The notes beneath the pieces were generated by a model. That model was not told where the DNA came from. It saw only the letters and a list, made by a program, of their open reading frames with translations, and did not search any database. 64,000 nt of DNA from Lama glama (Eukaryota), in assembly GCA_028534125.1 (NCBI GenBank), contig CM052837.1:20956001-21020000 (forward strand), written 5' to 3'. Made by a program: the position numbers and the translations under genes. The number at the start of each line of letters is the position of its first letter. The stretch's first letter is position 1. Shown here piece by piece: positions 47,560 to 59,475 of the stretch.

Positions 47560-47912
47560 TCCTCCCCCATGTATATGTGACACTCCATCCAACTGGCCTT
47601 TACATGTATTGTTCCTTCTGCCTGGAGTGCTCTCTCTTCTCTACCTAATTGTCAGCTATGACTGTTACATTTTGTTTTAAGATTTTCAATTGTTTGTTAC
47701 CACCAGTGGGTATTCTTATAGGTCCTCTGTGCTCCCCAGACCCCCTCTGCCTACCTCAGTGATGGAACTTGTCACACTGCACTGTGATGATTGTTTTGTT
47801 GTCCCCACTAAACAAGGAGCTCCTTAAGGTTAGGGATACTATGTTGTTTGGGGGCCCTGATCACCAAGTGCTTGCCAGGCACAGAGATAAATAGTCAGTA
47901 AATGACTGAGTG
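47560..47912 (+). mobile_element. L2 3' fragment
   Basis: ttgttccttctgcctggagtgct, gagctccttaaggttagggat, ccaggcacagagataaatagtcagtaaatg. Confidence 0.65.
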
Positions 47913-48934
47913 AGTAATCTGAAGTTTGAGTTCTACTTCTTTCACTAATTAGCTGTGTGGACAAGACATTTTCTGGGCCTTGATTTTTCCATCTATACAA
48001 TAAGAGATTTGGCCCAGATAATCTATGAAAACTCTCTGGCTGATTTTTTTTTTCTTCCTCTGTGGTTGTCAGATTGTCATATATATACATGGAGGCTGTT
48101 GCCAGTTGTCATGCAGAGTAATTTCAAAGTTTCAGAACTAAGCTTGTTAAAATTCACTGCATTTATTATGGCCTGTCCCACATTGTTCACCACCTGAAGA
48201 GGTCAGAGCCACATCCAGTGGCTTGGCCCGAGATTGCAGAACTGATTATGTCTCCCGCTCTTCCTTCCTCTGATCTTCTCTCCTGGACATACACAGAGGT
48301 CACAGGACTTTGCCTGACATGAGCCTCCAAAGACGTCCCTTGCTTACTCTACTTTCTCACCCTGAGCTAAGCTGTCTTGATTCACTGCCCTTACCCTGGG
48401 TTCATGATGTGTTTTGCCTTCCTGTGAAGATAGGTCTTGTTCTGGGCACTCTCCAGTTTGTACCTTCATCTCATCCTGCTCCTGCTCCCTGCCCTTTCCT
48501 TTTGTTCAGAATGGAGGTTATACCACCTCAATCCCAGCTTCACAACAAAAGTTAAAAGAAGGATATTGAGGTGAACCTGGGGTCTTGAGAGGGTAAATAA
48601 TATCTCTGTCCATAGCATATTTTAAGAAAAACTTTGTACTTAAAAAATTGTATCTACTGATTAGAGATATTTTATTGAAACTGATGGCTCCCTAAGAAAA
48701 AGCCATCTCCTTACTCCCAAATGCAAAATATCTTTAAGGACCATTTGGTAACTGATAGTTGGAGAGCATACTACCAATGCAAAGATGCTGAACCTAGGAT
48801 ATGCATTATATACTAAAAGGTGAAAGCTATTCAGAGGTATTTGAAAAATACCTAGAATTCAAGAGTGGTTTGTTTGTCCTGCCCCACCCCATGCCCCACC
48901 ACCCAAAAGTTGTATTGAGAGCCTGTTTTCTTCC

Positions 48935-49955
48935 CATTCATTCATCAAGTATTTCCAAAACACCGACTATATGCCAGGCATCATGGGACCAGGGATATAC
49001 CAATGAACAAAGCAGAGTAAAATTCCTGCCTTCAAGAAGCTTTTTTCTAATTGAAGGGAGGCAGTGAACAAAACAAATAAGTAAATTATACAGTATTTGA
49101 GAAGATAATGCATGCTGAAGAGTAAAATAAAGCAGATAAGACTTGGTGGTGTTGGGGCATTGCATTTTTAAACAGGGTGGTTGAGGAAAATCCTTACTGA
49201 GAAGATGACAGTTGAGTAAAACTAGACTTGAAGACTGAGCCATGCATATACTCTGGTGAGGGGCATTTCAGGCAGGGGAAAGAGCGAGTACAGAGGCTCC
49301 AGCGCAGGAGCCTGCCTGACGTTAGAAACAGCACTTAGTCTGAGTGAGTTGAGGAGTCATTGGAGGGTTTTACCCAGGGGAATGACAGGACCTGACTTAG
49401 GTTTTCTGGCTGCTCTATGGAGATTAGGCCAGAGGAGGCAAGGGTGAAAATGGAGAGACCCACAGTAGGCTGTTGAATATTCCAAGCAAGAGATGATGGT
49501 GATGTGGACCAGAGTAATGGCAGTGGGGACAGTAGTAAGAGGAGATAGAATTCTGAATGTAATTTAAAGCTGAGAGGTCTTCTGTGGGACATGTGAGAAA
49601 GATGAGAATCAAGGATATCGCCACTGTTTTTGGCTTGAGAATCTGGAAAACCTGGTTGCCATTAACTCAGTGGAAAAGATGGTGGGGAACAGGTTTGAGA
49701 AGGAAGGTTAGGAGCTTGGTTTTGGACTTGTGGAGTTTAAAGGACCTGTTAGACAACCAAGTGGAGAGAGCAGATAGACAGATGAATGCATGAATCCATG
49801 TTCAGAGAATAGAACTGGCCTATAGACACACGTTTGAGAGCTGTCAGCATGTGTAAGTGGTTTTTAAAGCTGTGGGACTAGGGAGGTGACGGAAGATAGA
49901 AAATAGAAGTCTAAGGGCGGAATAGCTCTAGCATTAAGAGATTAGAGAAATGAAG
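48935..49955 (-). mobile_element. L2 (L2a-like) about 1 kb
   Basis: Starts cattcattcatcaagtattt...ctatatgccaggca; gagtcattggagggtttt; ccaagcaagagatgatggtg; tagacaaccaagtggaga. Confidence 0.88.
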
Positions 49956-50900
49956 TGGGGGGAAATGCTTCTGATATAAGTGAGGAGAAAAACAAATACA
50001 AAATTATATCTGTGCTACCATAAGAATGCTTACTTGTGGCTTTAACAGTCAAGTGACTTTTTTGAGACTTCAAGGGAACTTTGGCATATGGCGATGTTCT
50101 TCAGTCAGTTTTCAAATAGAATATTTGTTGCCCATGCTCTGGGCATCTTATTTCAAAATAAACTTTACTCTGCCATTTCTCCTTGGCTAGACTTCTGCCA
50201 TCTCCTTTTCAAGGTCATTATTCTTGATTTTTAAAAATTCTTTTTAAAGAAAAGAATCTCTTTACAGCTGAAACCTGTAGTAAACCCTTCAATTACTCTC
50301 TTCTTTTCTGGGTAGAAAAAATAGTATCTCATAATAGAAGCCCACAGGTTATGTGAACTTAAAAAACATTGTTACCATTTTGAAGTACTTACTGATCAGC
50401 TGCTTTTAAACTTGAAGGGGTTCTAGCTGCACCAGAATGTAAATGCTAGCACTGGGACCTCATCATATTTCTTACTTAATTCTGGGATACTTACTTGGGA
50501 AGGTTATAAGGTAATTTGAAAGTATGATAGAACATGTCTTATTTGTTCATTATGCATGTGTATGGCTAGTATTCATACTCTATTCACAGGTTATTTCTGT
50601 AAATGGGGGGATTCGTTTGCGGTGCTCTTGTGGACAATGAAAATCAATTAATTCTAGGCAGAATAGAAATTCTATCTTTCAATTCACTTGCTCAAGTTGT
50701 CCTTGAGGATATCGTCCCTTTTGAATATGTTTCTTGTGCCCGATGTGAACGTCAGTTCAGTGTTCCATTGACAGTTTAGGTTCTTGTCTTATTAATCAAT
50801 AGCAGCAGTCAGGGAAGGCCTGCTTATTCCTCCTTCAATAGAACCAGACCAGGCTTGAAGAGAGGTAATAATTACTGCTCTGATCACAGCGTGTTCTCTT

Positions 50901-51032
50901 NNNNNNNNNNNNNNNNNNNNNNNNNNNNNNNNNNNNNNNNNNNNNNNNNNNNNNNNNNNNNNNNNNNNNNNNNNNNNNNNNNNNNNNNNNNNNNNNNNNN
51001 NNNNNNNNNNNNNNNNNNNNNNNNNNNNNNNN
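50901..51032 (+). CDS. CTNNBL1: Inferred CTNNBL1 exon 12 (about 98 nt) hidden in an N-run; coordinates are those of the N-run, not the exon
   Basis: Exon 11 ends in phase 1 and exon 13 starts in phase 0, so a 3n+2 exon is required. The expected EHVCSILASLLRNL...ENDSEK coding sequence was not found in the called bases. The N-run is immediately preceded by a branch-point-like ctctgat and the pyrimidine tract gtgttctctt. Confidence 0.72.
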
Positions 51033-51329
51033 CTGTAAAGATGGGACCAGGACCAGCGAGGATAAAAGGACTCTATCTAATGCGATCTGAGGGGTGCTGG
51101 GTTGAGAGTTCCTGTCCTAAAATATCTCCTCCAGCATCTGGGCCCCGTTGCTGTGGCTCTCAGAGGTTTCTCTGGTTATTCTGTCTCTCGTCTTCAAATG
51201 CATTCCCCTGGAAGTAGTAAAACCTCAGGTCGGTATCAACTAGCACTTTAGGGGGATTTTTAGACCCAATGAGAGTGGATTATGATAGGATTTTGGTTGG
51301 GGGAGAGGGAGCTTGCACAGCCTAACAAA

Positions 51330-51490
51330 TGAATGAGAGCATAGGCTTTGGATTCACATGTCTGGATTTGAACCTGGTTTTGCTACTTTCAAGATGTGTG
51401 CCACTCCGAGCCTTACTTTCCCTGGCTTTAAAATGGAGATGTTAATACCCATTTTGAAGAGTCAATGAGAGGAAGATTAAGTGAAGTCTT
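51330..51490 (+). mobile_element. MIR SINE fragment
   Basis: agagcataggctttgga...tctggatttgaacctgg...taaaatggagatgttaatacc. Confidence 0.68.
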
Positions 51491-51699
51491 ATTAGGTGGT
51501 GTTGATGGTAGTGATGATGAAAATGACATGATGATAGAAAATGGTAGAGCCTGCCCTAGATGGGCTACAGAACATGCAAATGATCGTGTAAACGAGATTA
51601 GATATTTTGCGTTGTTTTCTACAGTACCAAACCATAAGTTTTTTTTTCACTTTTCAGTTTTATTAGGTAGAATTGCCAAACCATAGGATTTTTTAACAG

Positions 51700-51885
51700 T
51701 AATAAGAACTATGATTTATTGAGTGACTACTGTGGATTGGGTACTACAGTATTATTCACATTTACGGATAAGGAAATTGAAGCTAAGAGACATTCTGTGA
51801 CTTGCCCAAGGTCATACCAGTAACAAGAAGCAGAGCTAGGATTTGAACCCAGGCTGCCTGAGTCCAGAAAACCCATGTATTTTAT
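51700..51885 (-). mobile_element. MIR SINE
   Basis: tttacggataaggaaattgaagc...gtgacttgcccaaggtcata...gcagagctaggatttgaacccaggc. Confidence 0.85.
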
Positions 51886-52083
51886 CACACTAAACATAAG
51901 TAGATAGTTCAGATGAATAAAATTAAGAACCAAAGCCCTCTTTTTAACTTAAAATAATTTCTTTCCTTCCCTTGTCCAAGGTGAGGCTGAAATGTTTTCC
52001 TACTTTGGAGAGACATTTAAGACTATCTCTTTGAGCCTACCTGTAACCATTTTTTCTACCCTCACTATAATATAGCATGGTGA

Positions 52084-52523
52084 AGAGGCCATCAGGTTAG
52101 AGTTTGAAAGGAGTGTGAGCAGATAGACCTCTATCTTAAAAGCCAAAGAATCTCGTCCTGAGTTCCATGTGCTGATGTTAGGTGTCCATAAAGAACCTAA
52201 AATATTATATATTTTGTCTATGTGTATGTACTTTTATGAGGGGAGGAGACAAGGGTACAAAACTGTGATGAGCTTTTCAAAGACATTCTTTTTGTTTGTT
52301 TTTTGGTTTTTGTTTTTGTTTTATTTTTATTTTTTTCATTTCGAAGACATTCTTGACCCCAAATATTTTGAATCCATCTCTGTAGGATCATTAAGATGAG
52401 GAGGAAAAGACCAAGTCAGTGCTTTAGAAATTCTTAACATGCAGTGAAATCAATTGCTCCCATGTGATTAACATGAATAAATTCAGTTGTTTAAAAAAAG
52501 TGAGAGAGAGGCCATCAGGTTAG
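52084..52523 (+). repeat. Exact 17-bp direct repeat flanking about 406 nt (probable TSD-flanked insertion in a MIR)
   Basis: agaggccatcaggttag at 52084-52100 and 52507-52523; AATAAA 52476-52481 and A7 52493-52499 just inside the right copy. Confidence 0.6.
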
Positions 52524-53523
52524 GAGGCAGAACATCTTAGCAATCATGTCACCCTGGTGACATCATCTAATGTCTGTTCTTCAGTTTCCTCATCTTTAAA
52601 ATTAGGATTGCTGTCTGTCTTCCCTGCCTACCTTACCAAGTTTTTCTAAAGTTTAAAAAAAATGATGGATATGAGAATACTTTGTAAACTGAAGTATATA
52701 AGTAAGATCTTAGGGTCATCATTGTTACCCAGGGAAGATTTGGGCACAGCCTTCCTGGACTGTCTGATGCCAGGTTGAAGCAACATCTGCTGTTAATCAG
52801 CATCAGCTCCTGGGGAAATACCAGGGTTGCCAAGTTCCATGGTGGTGCCAGCCTGGTAAAAAAGATAGTGTTCTTTCAATCTTTTGGAAATCTTGGGGGG
52901 GAATAAATGGAACTTTTTCAAACCTGCTGAGTTGTTCCTCAGGCCACGTTTGAAGTTTAAAACTGATTTTTAGGTTATTGCTAAGCAAAAGTCAGGGCCT
53001 TTTTTTACTTGCTGAAGGAGTTTTTCTTGCACTCTCTTCTGACTCAAAAGCAACGAAAGAGATTTTACTCAGACGTTTTTAAAAAAAGATCAGCTCTGGG
53101 GCAGAATCTGAACATGAAAGGTTTCAGTTTAAAAAAAGAAATTTCTGTAAAGTTCTAAGTGAATATCAAGTATGTAACTTCAGGCTCCTTCTCTTTGTAA
53201 GAAGGGACTTGAATTTTTATTTATTTGTTTGTTTGTAACAACTTGAATTCATGGGAATCCTTGAAGGGCTGGGAATGCGTAGTGTCCTTTGGAAATGGGT
53301 CTGTGTTCAAACTGCCTCCATGCCAAGTGTTTGCTTTGTTCTGCCCCAGCCCTTTGATCCCTTCCTGCGTGGTCCTAAGCAAAGCTCAGATCCAGGGCAA
53401 GAAGTGGTAGAGCGGCTCTTGCTTTGTCAGGGGTGACAGGGAGATGAATAGGAGCTCTGCTCTTCTCTTGCCTTGATATTCTCTTTCCTTTTCACTCACG
53501 CCGGTGAAATCTCTCTCTTTCAG

Positions 53524-53604
53524 GTCGACAGATTGATGGAATTGCATTTTAAATATCTGGATGCAATGCAGGTGGCCGACAAGAAGATTGAAGGAGAGAA
53601 ACAT
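53524..53604 (+). CDS. CTNNBL1: CTNNBL1 internal coding exon (exon 13 equivalent), 81 nt, phase 0 to 0
   Basis: ctctctctttcag|GTCGACAGA...GAGAAACAT|gtatgt; VDRLMELHFKYLDAMQVADKKIEGEKH. Confidence 0.97.
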
Positions 53605-55459
53605 GTATGTATCCCTGCCTATCTTTTGCCAACTATTGCTTCGCGCTCCATTTTGGTCCCTTGTGCACCTTCTGTCTCCCCACAGGACAGACAGGGGCAG
53701 GGGTGCCATCCACCTTCATGTGCCACCTAACATACTGTAAGAGCAGAACAGTTGACAGTCCGCCAGTGGTTATAACTGCTCTTCTAATGGGTGTGAAGTC
53801 CCTTAGGAGGATGGATTGTACGATTGATCCAGGTCTCACCGGGAGACTGAGTGATAGCACAAGTACCCTTGACGAGAGCTTCTCTTCGAAAATCTGACCA
53901 CAGTACAGTGCTGTGACTTGGTAGTGTGTTGGCAGAGTGTGTCTTGCTGGCTTCTGTAGTCCTGGGGAAGCACTGGCAGGAACAGTGGTTACGGGGATAA
54001 GAGCTACAAGGGCACTGGGAGTCACTGAATCCAGGTGACACTTGGAGACCTAGAGAAGAGATGCTGAGTGCATTGTGGCAAAGCCTGCACACCAGTTTCA
54101 AAGTGACTGACCCGCATTGTCTTGTGCTGATCGTTGCTGAGGGAAATGAAACCTGCTAGATGTTTTTTCTTGCGGGGCCGTACTTACCTAGGGGGTTATC
54201 CTTCCTCCTGTATTTTTCACCTGCTTCTGTTTTGCCCTCTACCATCTCTGGCCTGTGCAGCTTTCTCATCTGTCTCTTTAATCAGGGCAGGTTTTTGTGT
54301 CTGTTGGTTAATGTCCGATATGTATTCTCTTCCCTACAAGACATTCCTCAGTCTTTGGTCACACTGCAAAATGATCCTTTTCTTGCTTTTTTCAAAGACT
54401 GTAGTAGGCTCATTTTCCTTGTGATCTTGATTTGCTGTATCACCTTCTTTTTGCTTTTGAACCTCACTGGTGGGAGAGCCCATTCCAGCACCCCCTCCCA
54501 TCTGTGATGGGGCAGTCCAGCCATGCAGAAGAGCTGTGTGTATGGGCATTACCCTAGCATCTTGCCTCAGGCCTCAGGCCAGGGTGAAAAACTAGAGCCT
54601 AGGGGAAAGACAGTGATCTTGTTGTCTTTGCCCTGTTTCTCTTCATCCCGTCTCATCCATCCATCCCCTTTCCCAAAATAAACCTCCATTTATGAATACC
54701 AGTAGAGGGGTGACCGTGTTTATCACTCTTGTGATTTCCCTTTGCTCCCTAAACCTAGTGAGTCCTCAGATGTTTGTTGATTGATTGAATTGATTGACTG
54801 GGACTTTCTTGTTTTATATGGTGATACTACAAGGTAAATGGCAGACTCTAAATTCTGAGGCTGGACTTAAGATACTAGCATGTTCCACACACAGTCCTTT
54901 CATTCCACACACTTCACCCTCTTTATTTTATTGTTTGATTAAACTTTCCTTTTTCATCTTTTCTTCTCTTTATGGTAACTTGTACATGGTGGACACTTAG
55001 TGATTGTTAAAATGCCAGAGTAATATATTCTTTCTCTTTGTCTGAATGATAGTTAGAAACAAATTGAACTTTCCCTAGACTTTCATAGGGAAACAGCCAT
55101 GAGACAATTAGAACTCCAGCTCTAACAGAATCCCCCATGTTACCTGCTGAAGGAGCTTTTCAGGGGTGGTAGAGGAAGCATCTGGAGTCAGAGAAACTAG
55201 AATTGTAATGCAGGCACCACCTCTAAATCACTGCCCAGCCATACCTTGTCACCGTGCCTCAGGTAGCTCCAGTCTCTTAGCTATAACGTGGTTATCAGTA
55301 AAGTCCAAAGTCAATTTCTCAAATCTCCTCAGCTTGACATTTTCCCTGAGGTTCGGATGAACGCACTTTGGTAACTCTGCCATTTTTTGAAAATGGAATG
55401 GATTAAAAGCGCAGTGAGAGGTTGGTCAGCAACTGTCTTTTGTGGAGAGCAGCAGCAGC

Positions 55460-55675
55460 CAGGTAGAAAAGGTGCGCGGGAGGTAGGGGTCGGATAAGCC
55501 TGGATTTGAATTTGAACTCTGCCATTTCCTAGCTCTGAGACCTTGGATAAATGAGTTGACCTCTCTGAGCTTTGGTAAAATGGAAATGACACCTCTCTTT
55601 CAGTGCTGTTAGAAGACTGAGCTCTAAGTATGTGAAGTACCTTGCTCAGTAAGTAAAAGCTGCTGCTGTAGCTAG
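55460..55675 (+). mobile_element. MIR SINE
   Basis: cctggatttgaatttgaactctgccatttcctagctctgagaccttggataa...cctctctgagc. Confidence 0.78.
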
Positions 55676-57259
55676 CTCTTCCTAGCTTCCTTAGGAATTC
55701 TGTAACTTTTAAGCCAGGCAGTCCTTTTCCTGAGAGCATCCTCCTTGCCAGATATCCCAGGAGTTGTCTTAGCAGACCAGGGCATTGGCACCATCAGGTA
55801 CTTCTTTTGAGGTGAAGCTGAAATAGGCTTTGTTTTGGGGGGTTGCTTTGTTTTGTTTGAGGGAGACCAGAATAAGCTGTTGGGGGTCAGGAAGCAGCTT
55901 TCGTGTAGCCGTTAGGAAACCTGGCCTGCTTCCCACAATATTATCTATTATCAGCATTGAAGAGGGTGTGAAACTGATTAGGAATGACGAGAGAGATCTC
56001 TGCAGCCACTCTCCCCAGCTTTCACGGTGCCTCCGTGTGCCACAGGCACAGGGCCCCTGCCGTGCCCTGACAAACATCTGTCTCCTTGATGCCAAGGCCG
56101 TTTTGCTGGGCACTGGCAAACATTCAGGGCCATTAGTGCTCAGCAGCCTCAGTGTTGCTCAGAGAGTCAGGGCGGGGTGGGAGTGAGGGATGCATTTGTG
56201 AGCGGTGCTCCATGCCAGCATGCAGGCTCCGCCCTGCCAGATGAAGCCGCCTCACAGGCCTGAAGTGACTTGGAACAAAACCACCTCTTTTTTGTCTCTC
56301 CTTTATGCAGTCTTCTCTCCTAAGTCATAAACAATTTGTCACCTCACCCTATCCGACCTCCATTAAACTTGGATGTCCAACACCCATTGGGAACCTCAGC
56401 AAATATTTGTTGACTTGAATTGAATGCTTATTTCTCAGGCATTTGATGACATTGACTATCAGATCAGTAATGACTAAATATCTCATATACTTTGCCAAGT
56501 CTGCAACAACAAAACCTTAAATAACAGGGTCAGGTATTGACGTTTTTAGTGTCTCACAGCCACCATCTTCCCTACAAACTTCAGACTTCCGTGGGCACAG
56601 TACAGGTGTCCGTGGTTTGCAGTTGACCAAGATTCACTGGAGAAAGTCCAGTCATTTGGCAGATGTCTCTCATAGGCACCTGCTCCGTGCAGGACATAGC
56701 GTGGGGTGAGCATGGGTGGAAGTGCCAGCAGAAGCGTGGGCCCCAGGCGCTCCTGCTGCCGCTGCTGCTGCTGCGGGGGCCGGAGGAGTCCGAGGGGCGG
56801 GGGAAGCCGTCTGCTCCTCGAGTCTCCTGTAACAGTTTTGTGGATGAGACAGGATTTGAGCTGAACCTTAAAAGGAAAAGACTTTTAGGACATTTCAAAC
56901 TAGAGAGGAGCGAGAGCAAAGGAGGGGCAGTGGGGAGCCAAGCTGAGTTTTGGGACGAGTGATGTTACATTTCAGGAGCAGAGGGTGTGAGGGGGGACAT
57001 GGGCTTTAGAGCCAGGCTTCTTCTGGTTCTCCAGCTGTGGACAAACAGCCTAACTACTCCAGCTGTTTTCTTCCTTCCTTGTGTTTTGTTTTTAAGGTGT
57101 GTGTCCCAACCTGTGGGTGTGTGAGGAATTACATATTTAGGCATTTGGTGGTATAGATATAACACACATGAAAGCTGCTTTCACAGGTCCTGAGGTGTAG
57201 AGGTGGCCAGAGAAGCTTTTCTCTGTAAAGACCATTTATACCACCACCCTCTGCATATG

Positions 57260-57612
57260 CTCGCAGTCTCTTACTTCCCTGGTAGCGCAAGATAATGTGT
57301 GACCTGAGCCCTCCCTGCTTGCCCCCTTCCTCCCCTGCCACTGTGCACTGACTTCCCGCCTTATGTCCTGTGCTTTTCCCTCCGTCCTGCCTCTTCTCAC
57401 TCTGGTGCCTCCTTCCACCTTCAGGTCTCAGCCTAAATGTCACCCCCTCAGAGAGGTTTTCATTGGTCGCCGTCTGTAAAGTGGTGCCCCCATTGCCAGT
57501 GCTTTTTCATAACCTGTAATTATTTTGTTTGTTTATTCTATCTCTGGGGCTGTAATCTTTCTTGTTCATCATATTCTTAGGACTTACATAGTGATTAACA
57601 TGCAGTAAATGG
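57260..57612 (+). mobile_element. L2 3' fragment
   Basis: ccttcaggtctcagcctaaatgtcaccccctcagagagg. Confidence 0.65.
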
Positions 57613-59224
57613 AGGAGCACTACTCATGAGATAAAGTTAATATTTGTCCACGGGTATTAAGGAAGGCAGAGGGTCCTGGGTTTTCATTATGTCAGAACTG
57701 TCATTTTTAACCCTAATTTTTGTTTTCTCTGTTATTAGCCTAATCATCAAAAATATTTAAGTATAGCTCTGTAGATGCTGTGGCATAACTATAGCTATAT
57801 TCAACACAGAAAAATACTCCTATTTAGAACAATCTCAAGATTTACTGATAATTTTATACACACCCAGTTCGGATCACATTACTGCAATACTTGGTAACTA
57901 GCAAAGCCTTCCACGTCTTGGCAGTTGCCTACTGCATTCACATTATATTCAGTGTCCACACGATTCCAGGGCCACATCGTATCTGAACATACCCTTGGGG
58001 TTCCTGGTTAACAAGATGTGACCTGAAGTTTTAAAGGGCATGTAATTCTTAAGACTCTTCTAGTGAGCAGCAGTTCTCTGTGATCTGTAAATACCCAGGG
58101 TGCTTGTCTCAGCAGATTTCGCCTGATTCCCCAAGCAACACGAAGCCCAGAAAACACCAAGGTCCCTGTTATTGAGAAGCTATCCTGACTTCTCGTGGGT
58201 TCCTTCTGGTTTCTGTTAGTTGCATGTAGAGATGCCAGGCTTCTGAGTGTCAGAAGTAAGGCATAATTACATAGGTATTGGTAGGGATTTTAAAAGTGGG
58301 AGGAGAGCCTTGGAGAGAGGTTTTCCTTTTTCAGTTCCTGGGAAAATTATTCTCAGCAGGTTTATTTAATAAAGTGTTCTCGCCACATACTTTGCACCAT
58401 AATGACTTACAAATTGCATGCTAATTTTGCCACAGTTAAATCATCCCAGGCTTTATCCTGGAAAGAGAAAGATGGACTCCTTGTAATGAAACAGTATCCA
58501 CAGGACTAGATGTCGGAAACAGACTTTGACTATTTCCTTCGTGTTTGAAACTCACTTAAAGACCTGTATAAAGGATGGAAGGCCCAGGAATGGATGTGTG
58601 GGATGTGTGGTGGTAAAGCATTGGGAGATGTGGAGGCAGTGGACGTGTGAGGCTGCCGTTGACTGTTCCAGGGACAGTGTGGAAAGTTCCTGGGGCAAGC
58701 TTCAAAACAGGGAATCCTGCTGAGAGTTCCTCTCAGCTGTTCTTTAAGCCGGTGGTTCCCACACGTCTCAGTCCATGAATTTGGCAGAACGCAGGTAACA
58801 GACAGTAGAAGCCACAGATGGTGGGGGAGGGGATGCTGGTGCTTCTCCCTGTCTATTGTGTCCTTCTTTCTGAGACAGATTTAGCCATCTGCTCGTTCAC
58901 CCTTCTCTACTGCCCCCTCCCTGTCCCCTTTCCAGTCACAATCATCCTTTCTACCATTGCAGAAGTTGCGGGGCCTGAGTCCGGGTCCCACATCTCTGCC
59001 ACTTACCCTGCAGTGTGGCCTAAGCACTCCGTTTTGCTTTTTTCATCCTCTCTGTCCTTTCTCAGTGGGGTCCACAGTGTCTCCCATACTGACTTCACAG
59101 AAGCCCTGGTTCTCTCAAGGCTGGCTTATATGTTGTCAGAATTCAGGTGGGCAATCTAGTTGTTTTATTTATTTGTTTGTTTTTAGTAAAATTAGAAATT
59201 GAAGGCATGCTTGTGATGAAGGCA

Positions 59225-59475
59225 TCATGGCATCATAAAAGGAACATGCACCCTGGGATCTTACAGCCCAAGGTTAAATCCCAGTTCTGCCACACATGAA
59301 CTCTGTTCTTTGGGGAAATGCTTTGCTCTGTGTGTGTATGCATGTGTGTATGTGTGTGTGTGTGTGTTATTTTTCATTGTAGCTTTATTAGAGGGTCATT
59401 TTGAAGATTAATGAGATTGTTTATAAAAACCAGGGACATACTCATGTGTTAAGGCTGGCCTAACACATAGTCAGT
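59225..59475 (+). mobile_element. MIR SINE with an internal (TG)n microsatellite (about 59329-59367)
   Basis: ggttaaatcccagttctgccac...gaagattaatgaga...gcctaacacatagt. Confidence 0.62.

Noticed and set aside
21385-53523. Genuine exon-12 loss or CTNNBL1 pseudogenisation
   Set aside because: All visible exons are intact with canonical splice sites, and a suitably sized N-run with acceptor-like upstream context explains the absence.
53560-53562. Asp in YLDAMQ where I recall Gly in human, as an adaptive change
   Set aside because: A single substitution that I cannot polarise without an alignment; this position may simply vary among vertebrates.
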